Positions 8,670 through 19,300 of a DNA stretch of 64,000 nucleotides are shown piece by piece (within the stretch, counting starts at the first letter, position 1; the number at the start of each line of letters is the position of its first letter). This DNA is from Clostridia bacterium (GTDB lineage: Bacteria; Bacillota; Clostridia; Christensenellales; CAG-138). Under the pieces are notes generated by a model. It was not told the DNA's origin. It made no database searches and was given only the letters and a program-made list of their open reading frames with translations. The stretch covers positions 7,482-71,481 of the forward strand of contig JAFWVQ010000047.1 of NCBI GenBank assembly GCA_017523925.1, written 5' to 3'. A program made the position numbers and the translations under genes.

Positions 8670-11600
8670 ATGCACACAAACAAAACGTTCACCAAGGCGC
8701 TGGCGTGTTTTCTCGCGCTCGTGATGGTTTTCGGTGCGTTCGCTTCGATAAACGGCGCGACCGTGCCTGCCGCAGCCGCCGAGGGGATGCGCTCCGGCGT
8801 GGACAACAGCTACACGCAGGGCAACAACGAAAACGCGGTTCTCACCAAGACTGCGGAGCTTACCGAGGACGGCACTTACAGGATCGACCTGAGCGCCTTC
8901 ACCAAGGGCGACGTGGTCGTGGAAGCGGAGCCGATGGATATAATCCTTCTGCTCGACCAGTCATATTCCATGGCCGACACCGGCTCGTTCACTTACGTAA
9001 ACAGCGCAGGTCAAACGGTAACCGAGTATTACACCTGCGATCATACCGCTGCTGTAAGACAGGCGGCAAGCGCGCTTATCGACCGCATCCATGCTCAGGC
9101 TGTGCAGTATGACGTTGAGCACAGAATGGCAATCGCCGCTTACGGCTGCGAAAATTCCAGAATAGCGCAGGAGCTGGCCGGCAGAATCCCCTATACGGGC
9201 TCCGAGCTCTATGTCGGCTCCGCGGCGTACAGGTTCAGCGGAAGAAGCACCGTGTTCGGAACCGACGTTGTGTACGAGCGCAACAGGAACACCGGAACCG
9301 TAACAAGAACCGAGGGCAATTCGCACTACCATTATAATCCCAACACATACTTTAACGAGCTCGACGCCGGCGGAGACTACACCGGCTATCCGAACAGCTC
9401 CGCGCAGGCGCATTATGATGACTGCATGCTGAGCCTGAACACTCAGGTGGACGCTCTCAAGGCATCTCTGCAAACCTACAATCCCGATAAGGCGAATGAA
9501 AATGAGCGGGCGGGCACGGCGATGCAGGTCGGCATGAAGATGGTCGAGGGCATTTTGGACGCCTACAAGCCCAATCCCGAGACTCATGAAAACATGTATC
9601 GCGTCGGCAACGAGTGGAAGAATCGCAAAAAGGTCGTTATTGTCTTCACGGACGGCTACGTTGGCGAATCAAGCTTCAATCCCAACTGGGCGAACGAGTG
9701 CATAAAGAGCGCGTTCCGCATCAAGGGCGATACCTACGGCGAGCCTGCAACCATATTCACCGTCGGTCTTGTTTTTGAAAGAATGAACGATGCCATCTAC
9801 TCCCAGCTCAAGTTCTACGCTCCCTACGGAGATTATTACGACACCGAAACCTGGTTCGGCCCCCGATACGTTGACGGCGGTATTTGGAATTCAGATGCCT
9901 ACAGTACGGGCAAAGTGACCTATGAGTTTTTGGGCGAGCTTTTCCCGAGGTATTATTATTCGGGCGTCGGGCAGGAGCAGGATCCGCATCGCGGCCTTCT
10001 GAACCAATACCTCAGCTATATCTCAAGCAACTATATCCCCAAGCCCGGAAGCTCGATACCGGCCTCCGCGATCTACTATTATGAGGATGACCGCGATCTG
10101 ACCACGTGGGAGGGCGGCAACTGGGTCACGACCCATATCCATAAAATGCAGCTTCAACTTGAGGATCTTTCGGCGTGGTGGGACGAGAGCCTGACTCCAA
10201 ATACCCAGCCCTATCCCGGCCATCCCGGCATCATCAAGAACAATTATTATATTGATACGAACAACGCGCTTGATGAAACAAGCCAGAACGGTGAATTGAA
10301 CATCGCGCGTCTTGTAGATGCGTTCGATCTCATCACCACGGAGACCACCACCGTCACAAGGGAGCTTCTGGACGTGAACGCGGTATTGAGGGACGCGCTT
10401 TCAGAGCATTTCAAGATGCCCGAGGATTTCGGCCTTGACAATATCGAGATCAAGGTCGTTCCGTTCACTGGAAATATTGTGAACGGCGAGTACATCTTCG
10501 ATGAAGAAAGTGCGCGGGATCTTTTCCCGACCCCGAACGGAAAGGCGGCAAATGTTCGCTTCGACGTAACGACCGGCGTTATCACCGTCACCGGCTACGA
10601 CTACGCTCAGTGCATTGAAGGCAGAGCGGGCGGCAGCAAGATAGTGGTCACACTCTCAGGCATCGAGGCGCTTTCGGATACGGTCGGCATGGATATACCC
10701 ACCAACGATCCCACTCAGACAGGCATCTACGAGGGGAACGATATCTGGGATCCGTATGAAGATCCCGAAGCACCGGAAAACCCCATCGATCCCGGCGATC
10801 CCGGCACTATGCCCGACAAGGATCCGATGCTCTATTTCCCGCTTCCCAAGGTGGATATCCGCGAAAGATACGTGGTTTACGATTTCTGCCGCCCCGTGGA
10901 GGAGGAGGACCCCGAGAACTTCTTCGGCGAGAACGGCGACGTTATCGAGCTGCTTGCGCTCGGCGAATGCTATAAAAAGCAGGACCCCAACGCCTATCAG
11001 GAGCAATTCGTCAAGCGCGACGGCGCGAACGACACGCTCTATATTGCCCAGAAGCATAACAGCAACGGCGCAAGGTTCGAGATAAAGCAGATCAGCTACG
11101 ATGATTTCGAGATCGGCGCGCTGCTGAAATGCGATCCGAATAAGAACGACGGCATCGAGTACGAATGGTGCAAGCTCACCTTCCTGCCCGCAACGAACGT
11201 TCATTACGAGGAGACCATGCTCAGGTACTCAAGCGGCGATGCGCAGGATGCGATAAACTATGACTACGCGCATTGGTTGGAGCTTGGCGGCGTGAATTGC
11301 AGCTGGCAGCAGGGCGGCGGCGGCAGCATCGCGGCGCAGCAGAGCACCGCGAACCTGCTCTACGGCTATGAGGCTTCTTACGACAGGTACGGCAATTCCG
11401 GCAATTCGGACAGCAGCGGCTCCGCAGCGCACGCGATAGTTGACGCGGAGTACGCGCAGCAGGTCAAGGACGGCGTTAAGCAGTGGCCCACAGCGCATTT
11501 CCGCTACACCGGCACCGGCTTCGACATTATCTCAAGAAGCGGCGCGAACACCGGCGTTCTTGCGGTGGACGTGGTCCCCTACGGCGCGCCGAGGAACTAC

Positions 11601-13736
11601 AAGCAGGGCGTTAAGAACAAGGACTACGCGCATCTGATCGTGGATACCTATTATAAGGATGCGGGCGACGGCGAGGCCGTTATCCTGCACCAGATCCCGG
11701 TGCTCCGCATCGTGGACATGAACTGGGCGGATTACGACGTGTATATCACCGCGGTTTACGACAAGCTCTTCGACCATCTGCCCAAGCCCAAGGGCGTGCA
11801 GAGCGATGAAACGAGCCTTGAAGGACTCAAGATCCCCGGCCTGCCCGAGGCGGAATACGAGCTTACGCGCGTTGATCCCGAGGGAACGCCGGGCGAGAGC
11901 ATCGAGCCCTCCAAGGCGGCGCCCGCCTACGGCAGCTTCGACGTTTATCTCGACGCCGTTCGCGTTTACGAGCCGCGCACCAAGACCGGCATCACCGCGA
12001 TCGACAGGCTTGCCTATCAGGCGGCGAACGAATACAACCCCACCTACCGCCAGATCAGGGATATACTGCTCGATCCCGAGCAGTATGAAGGCGGCAACGT
12101 CAATATCGACGGAGTGCTGTATATCGACGGCCAGGGCGGCATAGTCAACGTTGAAAAATACGAGGCGCACGGCCCGAACAACGAGACCTATCTCGCGCCC
12201 GCCGAGAAGCATTCGGACGGCACCTCCACCGAGCGCGCGTTCGCCTTCACCATCAAGGAGTGGGACAACGCAAAGTCCGGGCTGCATATCAGCGCGAAGG
12301 CGCCCTACGGCACCGTGCATCTGCACGTCAACGGCGAGCACGTTGCGGTGGTCAAGTCCGCGACCGAGATGTATTACGACGTTACCGATATAATCAGAAG
12401 GACGAACGGCTTCATCCACGGCGAGAACACGCCGAACGGCCACGTGGTCATTCAGGCGTATCTCGACCCCAACGGCCCCGACCCCGTCGTAACGGCGGCG
12501 CCTCCCACCCTTGCTCCGGGTCAGACCGCGACCCCAGAGCCGAGCGAAACGCCCTACGCGGCGCCCGATCCCGCAACGCACAACGTGCTATCGCTTGTGA
12601 ACATCAAGTTCATCCCCGAGCAGGATGCTGTGCTGCCCGATCCCACGCCCACGCCAGATCCCACGCCCGTTCCCGATCCCACGCCCACGCCGGCCGAGAA
12701 TTACCATCTGGTTAGGTTCGCCGATGCCGATGAGAACGGCACGCCCGGCGATGTCGTGAAGGAAGTTTGGGTACGGCACGGCGATCGGCTCTTTGAAGGG
12801 CTGGAGCTGCCCGATTACGGCGAAAACGGTACGAACTTCTACGATCCGGACACAGAAACCATTCGCTTCACCTGGCCCACCGTTCCGGCTGCGCCCGCGG
12901 GCTTGATCAACAACGTGAACAACGGCTATGGCGGTTGGAACTACAACAACGAGCCGATATACGGGGACAGGACCATCTGCCCGGCCCGCGAGAGCGCATC
13001 GCTGGATAAAGCGCGCGTGACCTTCACCGTGAACGGCAATGCGAATATGCAGCTTCTTATAAGCAGCGATCTTACCACCGGCACCATTCCCGCTGCGCCT
13101 GCGGGTCCTTCAAACCGCACGACTCAGCATAACGCGATGAGCGATGCAAACCTGCCCTATATGCTCCCCGGCCCCACGAAGAACGACGTTTACACCACCG
13201 AAGACGCATTCGGCGAGATCGAGGTGGCTCCGGGAACGTACAGGTTCGGCGTGTTCGCCTTGCTTGGAGGCAATACGTGGTATATGTTCCCCGGCTGCGT
13301 TGCCGAGATAACGCTGGAGGCAGGAGACACGCTCAATGTGTCGTTCAACCCGGATACGGGATTTGATTTCCTGCACACGAGCGCTGCCAACCCCATCGTG
13401 ATTTCCGCGACAGCCCATAACGGCGAAGGCGCGCCCGTGACCTACGGCAGCATCGCCCACAGCGTTCGCGGCGAGGCGGGGGAGAGCGATTGCGTTGCGT
13501 TCGTCTCCTCGGATACCTTCCTCTTTGCGGAGGCGCTGCTCGTGGGCAAGCCCGGCGACGCCAACCACGACCGTGAGATCGACCTTATGGACGCGCTGCT
13601 CATAATGCGCCATGCCTTGGGCGAGGACTGCGGGTTCGATCTGTATGAGCTGTACTGTGCCGATCTCAATAAGGACGGCGCGATAGATCTTCTCGATGCG
13701 GTGTCCGTTATGAGAGCATCGCTGATAACGGAATGA
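8670..13736 (+). CDS. large secreted von Willebrand factor A domain protein with C-terminal type-I dockerin
   Basis: Signal peptide and VWA MIDAS 'DIILLLDQSYSMAD'. The C-terminal dockerin has duplicated Ca-binding segments 'DANHDREIDLMDALLIMRHALG' and 'DLNKDGAIDLLDAVSVMRASL'. Confidence 0.8.
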   Translation: MHTNKTFTKALACFLALVMVFGAFASINGATVPAAAAEGMRSGVDNSYTQGNNENAVLTKTAELTEDGTYRIDLSAFTKGDVVVEAEPMDIILLLDQSYSMADTGSFTYVNSAGQTVTEYYTCDHTAAVRQAASALIDRIHAQAVQYDVEHRMAIAAYGCENSRIAQELAGRIPYTGSELYVGSAAYRFSGRSTVFGTDVVYERNRNTGTVTRTEGNSHYHYNPNTYFNELDAGGDYTGYPNSSAQAHYDDCMLSLNTQVDALKASLQTYNPDKANENERAGTAMQVGMKMVEGILDAYKPNPETHENMYRVGNEWKNRKKVVIVFTDGYVGESSFNPNWANECIKSAFRIKGDTYGEPATIFTVGLVFERMNDAIYSQLKFYAPYGDYYDTETWFGPRYVDGGIWNSDAYSTGKVTYEFLGELFPRYYYSGVGQEQDPHRGLLNQYLSYISSNYIPKPGSSIPASAIYYYEDDRDLTTWEGGNWVTTHIHKMQLQLEDLSAWWDESLTPNTQPYPGHPGIIKNNYYIDTNNALDETSQNGELNIARLVDAFDLITTETTTVTRELLDVNAVLRDALSEHFKMPEDFGLDNIEIKVVPFTGNIVNGEYIFDEESARDLFPTPNGKAANVRFDVTTGVITVTGYDYAQCIEGRAGGSKIVVTLSGIEALSDTVGMDIPTNDPTQTGIYEGNDIWDPYEDPEAPENPIDPGDPGTMPDKDPMLYFPLPKVDIRERYVVYDFCRPVEEEDPENFFGENGDVIELLALGECYKKQDPNAYQEQFVKRDGANDTLYIAQKHNSNGARFEIKQISYDDFEIGALLKCDPNKNDGIEYEWCKLTFLPATNVHYEETMLRYSSGDAQDAINYDYAHWLELGGVNCSWQQGGGGSIAAQQSTANLLYGYEASYDRYGNSGNSDSSGSAAHAIVDAEYAQQVKDGVKQWPTAHFRYTGTGFDIISRSGANTGVLAVDVVPYGAPRNYKQGVKNKDYAHLIVDTYYKDAGDGEAVILHQIPVLRIVDMNWADYDVYITAVYDKLFDHLPKPKGVQSDETSLEGLKIPGLPEAEYELTRVDPEGTPGESIEPSKAAPAYGSFDVYLDAVRVYEPRTKTGITAIDRLAYQAANEYNPTYRQIRDILLDPEQYEGGNVNIDGVLYIDGQGGIVNVEKYEAHGPNNETYLAPAEKHSDGTSTERAFAFTIKEWDNAKSGLHISAKAPYGTVHLHVNGEHVAVVKSATEMYYDVTDIIRRTNGFIHGENTPNGHVVIQAYLDPNGPDPVVTAAPPTLAPGQTATPEPSETPYAAPDPATHNVLSLVNIKFIPEQDAVLPDPTPTPDPTPVPDPTPTPAENYHLVRFADADENGTPGDVVKEVWVRHGDRLFEGLELPDYGENGTNFYDPDTETIRFTWPTVPAAPAGLINNVNNGYGGWNYNNEPIYGDRTICPARESASLDKARVTFTVNGNANMQLLISSDLTTGTIPAAPAGPSNRTTQHNAMSDANLPYMLPGPTKNDVYTTEDAFGEIEVAPGTYRFGVFALLGGNTWYMFPGCVAEITLEAGDTLNVSFNPDTGFDFLHTSAANPIVISATAHNGEGAPVTYGSIAHSVRGEAGESDCVAFVSSDTFLFAEALLVGKPGDANHDREIDLMDALLIMRHALGEDCGFDLYELYCADLNKDGAIDLLDAVSVMRASLITE

Positions 13737-13749
13737 TAGGAGTGATTAT

Positions 13750-13986
13750 ATGAAGAAATATGTGAAACCGACGCTGTATAGGGAAAACATGGCGCTTGCG
13801 CCGGCGATCCTCAATGCTTGCACCGACACTCCGAGCCACAGCAACGGCTCGGAATGTGCCTACGAGATAGTAGGGCTTGGGAGTGTGTTCATTGCCGGCA
13901 ATACCGAATGCGAGTACACAGGCACGGATGACTTGATCTGCTACCACAATCCCGAGAACGCGATGAACATCATCTTCACCTCCTGA
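13750..13986 (+). CDS. small hypothetical Cys-containing protein (78 aa)
   Basis: Strong SD 'taggagtga' 6 nt before the ATG, 14 nt after the VWA gene stop. No recognisable domain. Confidence 0.45.
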   Translation: MKKYVKPTLYRENMALAPAILNACTDTPSHSNGSECAYEIVGLGSVFIAGNTECEYTGTDDLICYHNPENAMNIIFTS

Positions 13987-13998
13987 GCCGATCAAACA

Positions 13999-14045
13999 CG
14001 CAAAACAGAAAAGGCGCGAACCTTTTGGGGCTCGCGCCTTTCGGC
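13999..14045. terminator. bidirectional hairpin terminator between convergent genes
   Basis: 'aaaaggcgcgaaccttttggggctcgcgccttt', a stem with a G:U wobble flanked by A/T runs. Confidence 0.5.
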
Positions 14046-14058
14046 ATTTAAGATCCGA

Positions 14059-14649
14059 TTATTCGGCGTGATAGGTCTTGTCCACAACGTAGTCGAGCAG
14101 CTTGGTGCCGTCGAAATTGACATAGCGAAGGATAACGCGAACATCCTCACTGCCAACAAAGGTTTTCAGCTCATCGTACATTGCCTTATAGGTGGACCAC
14201 TTCTCATCGAGCGCTGCGGTGATCTGCTCCGCATCGAACTCGACCTGCTGAAGATAGGTGTATTCGGTAACGCAATCGGCGCCCTCGGCCTTGGCAACGC
14301 AGGACATACCCTGAGCAGCAAAGAAATCGGAGAGAGTTGCGTACTGCGCGTTGACCGCTTCGGTGTATTCGCTGACCTTTGCGGCGATCTGCTCGTCGCT
14401 CATGGGCTCGCCGGAGGGTTCCGCGGTGGGCTCCTCGGTAGGCTCGGCGGTGGGCTCCTCGGTGGGTTCCTCGGTGGGCTCTGCAGTGGGCTCCTCGGTG
14501 GGTTCTGCGGTAACCTCGGGAGTTGAGGAAGCTTCGATGGTGGCTTCGGCGGTGGGAGCCGCGGTGGGGTCGGCTGCGGGGTCGTTGCTGCAAGCGGCTG
14601 CGGAGATAAGAATCGCGGCGCAGAGCGCAAGGATGCAGGATCTCTTCAT
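14059..14649 (-). CDS. lipoprotein with (EPTEEPTA)n linker, unknown function
   Basis: Signal peptide with lipobox 'LISAAAC', then acidic Pro/Thr/Glu repeats and a ~110-aa C-terminal domain. Confidence 0.6.
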   Translation of the reverse strand: MKRSCILALCAAILISAAACSNDPAADPTAAPTAEATIEASSTPEVTAEPTEEPTAEPTEEPTEEPTAEPTEEPTAEPSGEPMSDEQIAAKVSEYTEAVNAQYATLSDFFAAQGMSCVAKAEGADCVTEYTYLQQVEFDAEQITAALDEKWSTYKAMYDELKTFVGSEDVRVILRYVNFDGTKLLDYVVDKTYHAE

Positions 14650-14807
14650 AAAACGGTGTTCCTTTCTTTAAAAAAACAAATATTCTCGCGGCTTTTCGAC
14701 AGAGCGGGGGCTGAAAAGCGCGCATAAGCGGCCGATAACCGAAAAAAGGCGATCAAGGCCGCAAAAAAGAACCGCCCGAAGGCGGCTCCTTCTGTGACAA
14801 AAAGCAA

Positions 14808-15182
14808 TTACTTGAGCTCGATATCTGCGCCGACGGCCTTGAAAGCGGCGGCGAGCTTCTCGGCGTCTTCCTTGGAGAGGTCTTCTTTGAGGGTGGTGGG
14901 GCAGCCTTCAACGGCGTCCTTAGCCTCCTTGAGGCCGAGGCCAAGCTCAGCGCGAACGACCTTGATAACATCAAGCTTCTTGTCGCCGAAGCCCTTGAGG
15001 ACTACGTCGAACTCGGTCTTCTCTTCAGCGGCTTCAGCGGGGCCTGCTGCGGCGGGGCCGGCTACTGCAACGGCGGTGGCGGCGGCGGATACGCCGAACT
15101 CCTCTTCAACAGCGTGAACGAGGTCTGCAAGCTCAAGAACGGTAAGGCCCTTGATAAAATCGATAAATTCCTGCTTATTCAT
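14808..15182 (-). CDS. rplL: 50S ribosomal protein L7/L12
   Basis: '[22 protein letters not shown]...' with GGAGG 9 nt upstream of the ATG at 15182. The track ORF carries a 5-aa spurious N-terminal extension. Confidence 0.9.
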   Translation of the reverse strand: MNKQEFIDFIKGLTVLELADLVHAVEEEFGVSAAATAVAVAGPAAAGPAEAAEEKTEFDVVLKGFGDKKLDVIKVVRAELGLGLKEAKDAVEGCPTTLKEDLSKEDAEKLAAAFKAVGADIELK

Positions 15183-15242
15183 TGTGGTTTCCTCCAATTA
15201 AGATTTTTTTGTTTGAAAGCGGGATGTGCGGCGGCAGGTAAA

Positions 15243-15773
15243 TTATTCAGCCGCAGCGGGGGACTCGGCGCCTTCGCCGCCATTCTTCTTGGCGAGCTGG
15301 TCGAGCGCGATGGCGAGACCCTGGATTGGGCTCATCATGCTGCCGAGCATACGGGCGATGAGAACTTCGCGGGAAGGCAGATCGGCGAGCGCTTCGATGC
15401 CCTTGACATCGGTGACCGCGCCGTCCACAAGGCCGCCCTTGAGGGAGCACTTCTTGACCTTCTTGATGAAGTCCCTGAGGATCTTTGCGGGAGCAACGGC
15501 GTCTTCATAGCCGAATGCGAAAGCGGAAGGTCCCTTGAGCATCTCAAGGATGCCTTCGTCGACCTCGAGCTCGCGGCAGGCTCTCTCGACCATCTTGTTC
15601 TTGAGAACGACGTATTCAACGCCGGCCTTGCGCATCTCGTTGCGAAGGTTGGTGTCCTCCTCAACGGTGAGTCCGCGATAGTCGAAAAGAACGATGGACT
15701 GAGCCTTCTTGATCTTCTCGCAGATGTCCGCAACGTGCTGCTCCTTCATCTTGATAATGGAAGCATTTGCCAT
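15243..15773 (-). CDS. rplJ: 50S ribosomal protein L10
   Basis: The true start is M25 of the track ORF (MANASIIKMKEQHVADI...), with GGAGG 8 nt upstream. Confidence 0.9.
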   Translation of the reverse strand: MANASIIKMKEQHVADICEKIKKAQSIVLFDYRGLTVEEDTNLRNEMRKAGVEYVVLKNKMVERACRELEVDEGILEMLKGPSAFAFGYEDAVAPAKILRDFIKKVKKCSLKGGLVDGAVTDVKGIEALADLPSREVLIARMLGSMMSPIQGLAIALDQLAKKNGGEGAESPAAAE

Positions 15774-15960
15774 TTGGATTTTCCTCCTTGTCACAGTTTC
15801 AAACAAATATCCCCCGGCGGGACCACCGGGGGCGAGGAATAGCATATTTACCCATACGGGAATAAATCAAGCTTTATCTTCACCTCGGCGGGATATTGAG
15901 CCGAAAATCGGCACCTGCTGTCTTTGGCGGATATTTATTTGCGCGAATATTATAAACGCT
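15774..15960 (-). promoter_or_regulatory. probable rplJ (L10) autoregulatory leader region
   Basis: Inferred from position upstream of rplJL. The structure was not verified. Confidence 0.25.
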
Positions 15961-16148
15961 TGGCGAACGGCTGTCAAGAGCCAACACAAGGTTTTTTAAG
16001 TATATTTTGGCAAATTCGCTCAAATAACGCAAAAAGCGGGCGGAATGAACCGATGCTGCGCAAAAAAAGCCGTAGTTTCAATGAAAAATCAGCAAGCGAA
16101 ACGGAGCGGGCCGATATAACAAACGGTATAAAATAGTTGCAAAAACTA

Positions 16149-16182
16149 TTGACACTTTTTGAATTTGACCTTATACTATAAT
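16149..16182 (+). promoter_or_regulatory. sigma-A-type promoter for the subtilisin gene
   Basis: 'TTGACActttttgaatttgaccttATACTATAAT'. Confidence 0.5.
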
Positions 16183-16332
16183 AGATTGGATAAGTCCCTT
16201 TGAAGGGCTTTTCAGCCCCTTTGAAAACGGTCTGCAAGCCGCCTCTTCGCGGCTCGAGCCGTTTGATATAAGAGGAAGGAACGCGCCTTTATCGGGTAAT
16301 TAACCAACGAAACCTTATAAGGAGGAAAGAAC

Positions 16333-19300
16333 ATGAAGAAATCTTTCAAAGGCTTTCTTGCCTGCCTTCTTGCGCTGATGCTGGTGCTTCCCGCATTCGG
16401 CGGCATCATGGCTGAGACCGTCAATTTCGACGGCGAGCTGAACGGCAGAGTGGGAACCCGCGAAGCCGTTTCCGGAAGCCTTGCTTCCGACAGGAACGGT
16501 ACCCTTGTATCCAAGAAGACCGCTTCCATCGACCTTTCGTCGATCAGGAACGGTAAGACCTTCCAGGCTGCCGACGCAAAGGCGGCCGATGAGATCGCTC
16601 CCGACTCCATCGTGACCATCATGATCGAGATGGACGGCGCTCCCGCTGTGGACGTTGTAGAAGACGTTAAGAACGCGGGCAGCTACCGCGAGACCCTCGT
16701 TGCCAAGCAGAACGCTGCGGCAGCAAGGATCGCCGACGAGCTCGGCGTTAAGGTCGAGGTAACTCACAACTATTCCGTTCTTTTCAACGGCTTTGCGTTC
16801 GACGGCGAGTACCGCCTTGTTGACGAGATCAATGCTCTCGGCGGCATGCGCGCCTTCGTATCCCCCAGCTGGGACAGCCCCACCCTGTTCAACTCCGTTG
16901 ACCAGGTCGGCGGTATCGCTGCTTGGGAGACCGGCTACACCGGCGAGGGCTACACCGTGGCTATCCTCGACACCGGCGCTCTGGTGACCCATCCCGCGTT
17001 CTCCGTGATGCCCACCGGCGACGTTCAGTTCGAAGAGACCGACATCGCGGCCATCATCGCGGACGGCGGCCTCTCCGGCGACGGCAGGCCCACCATGAAC
17101 GTGGCCAACGTTTACGTAAACGAGAAGATCCCCTTCCAGTGGAACTACTACTATCAGCATGCTGATGCTGCGCATCCCGGTCAGAGCGACCACGGCACCC
17201 ACGTTGCCGGTATCGCCGCGGGCAACAACGACGAGATCAAGGGCGTTGCTCCCGATGCGCAGATCGCCGTAATGCAGGTGTTCGCACCCTCCGGCGGCGC
17301 AAGCTGGTCCAACATCATCCCCGCTCTTGAGGACTGCGTCGTTCTCGGCGTTGCTTCCGCAAACCTCTCCCTCGGTTCCCCCAACGGTTCCGACAACCCC
17401 TACGATCCTTCCTTCCTCAACACCCTTGAGCGCTGCGTGAACGCCGGCGTCAACCTCGCTATGGCAGCGGGCAACGACTACGACGCGACCTTTAACAACG
17501 CTTGGGGCGGCAATGCGGGCGGCTCCACCGAGTACTCCAACACCGGTTATGCGCTCGTTTCCAATCCCGATAACGGTGTTGTAGGTTCCCCCTCCTCCTG
17601 GCCGCACGGCATCTCCGTTGCCGCTGTTTCCAACACCAAGTCCAGGTTCTACTTCATCGAGGTAGAGGGTCAGGGCTACGGCTATTCCGAGAACAGCGCT
17701 AACCCCGTTCAGATGGTTTCCGCTCTCGGCGGTCAGACCCTCCCCTACGTTCACGTTCCCGGCTTCGGTACTCCCGAGGATTTCGCTCAGGTAGACGTTA
17801 CCGGCAAGATCGCGCTCGTTTCCCGCGGCGACATCACCTTCATCGAGAAGGCCGAGAACGCGGAAGCGGCCGGCGCGGTTGCCTGCGTTGTTTTCAACAA
17901 CCAGGGCGGCAGCATCAACATGGTAGCCTATGAAGGCGGCCATATCCCCCACGTTATCATTTCCCAGGAAGCCGGCGCAGCTCTCGTTGCCGCTGAGAAC
18001 AAGACCATGTTCATCGGCACCGAGCTCGGCATCTTCGATAACCCCACCGGCAACATGACCACCAGCTTCTCCAGCCGTGGTTGGACTGCCAACATGAGCA
18101 TGAAGCCCGAGATCACCGCTCCCGGCGGCCAGATCTACTCCGCTACCGATCCGCGTATCTCCGGCACCGAATACGACACCTGGGACGGCACCTCCATGGC
18201 GACCCCCCATGTCTGCGGCGGTATGGCTATCATCTCCGCTTACGTTGACGACAACTTCCCCAATGCGACCACCGCTGAGAAGCACGACCTCGTCAACCAG
18301 ATCCTCATGAGCACCACCACCCCTATCCTGAGCGATTCCGGCGAGTATGCCCCCGTTCATGAGCAGGGCGCAGGTCTGATGAATCTTGCGAAGGCCACCA
18401 CCACCAAGGCTTACATCACCGTGAACGGCACAGTCGGCAACCGTCCGAAGGTTGAGCTCGGCGACGATCCCGAGAAGACCGGTCACTATGAGATGACCTT
18501 CACCGTTCATAACTTCGGCACCTCCGAGCAGCAGTACACCATCGAGCCCACCGTTCTTCTGAACGATTTCGCTATGCTCGGCAGCATCAACGACGAACCC
18601 ATCCTCGTTTACTACGGCGGCACCTTGAATATCGCTATCGGCGAAGATGGTGAAGTCCTTGTAGGCGACGCAAACGGCGACGGCAGGATCTCCATCGCGG
18701 ATGCTATCCTCATCGCACGTATGGCTCTCGGCCTCATCGATACGGATATGAACTGCGACCTCAACGAGGACGGCGACGTTACCATTGCGGACGCTATCCT
18801 TGCTGCCCGTATCGCGCTCGAGCTCATCGAGGCTCCCGTTGCGGAAGGCCGCATTGACTACGTTACCTTCGATATGCCCGAGATCGTTACCGTTCCCGCA
18901 GGCGGCGAGACCGAAGTAACCGTTAAGTTCGACCTCACCGATGAGATCGTTCCCTACATCGAGAATTACTACACCTCCGGTGCTGCGCTCGAAGGCTTCA
19001 TCGAGCTCATCCCCGCCAATGAGAGCGACGTATCCCTCACTCTTCCCTTCACCGGCTTCTATGGCGATTGGAACTATGCTGCCACTATCGACCGTGGTTA
19101 CTACTACGAGGACGAGCCCTGGAACAGCAACAACTACCCCAACACCATCGGCTACAAGAAGGGCAATGCGATCAACGGCCTCGGCATCAACCCCTACGTT
19201 GAAACCGCGGATATGAGCTATTACCTTGCGGACCGCAACGCTATCTCCCCCAACGGTGATGGCCTGATGGATTCCGTAAACGTTGCTTACACCGGTCTGC

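Noticed and set aside
8213-8806. 197-aa minus ORF in the VWA gene upstream region
   Set aside because: No SD or motifs. It overlaps the promoter and leader of the VWA gene.
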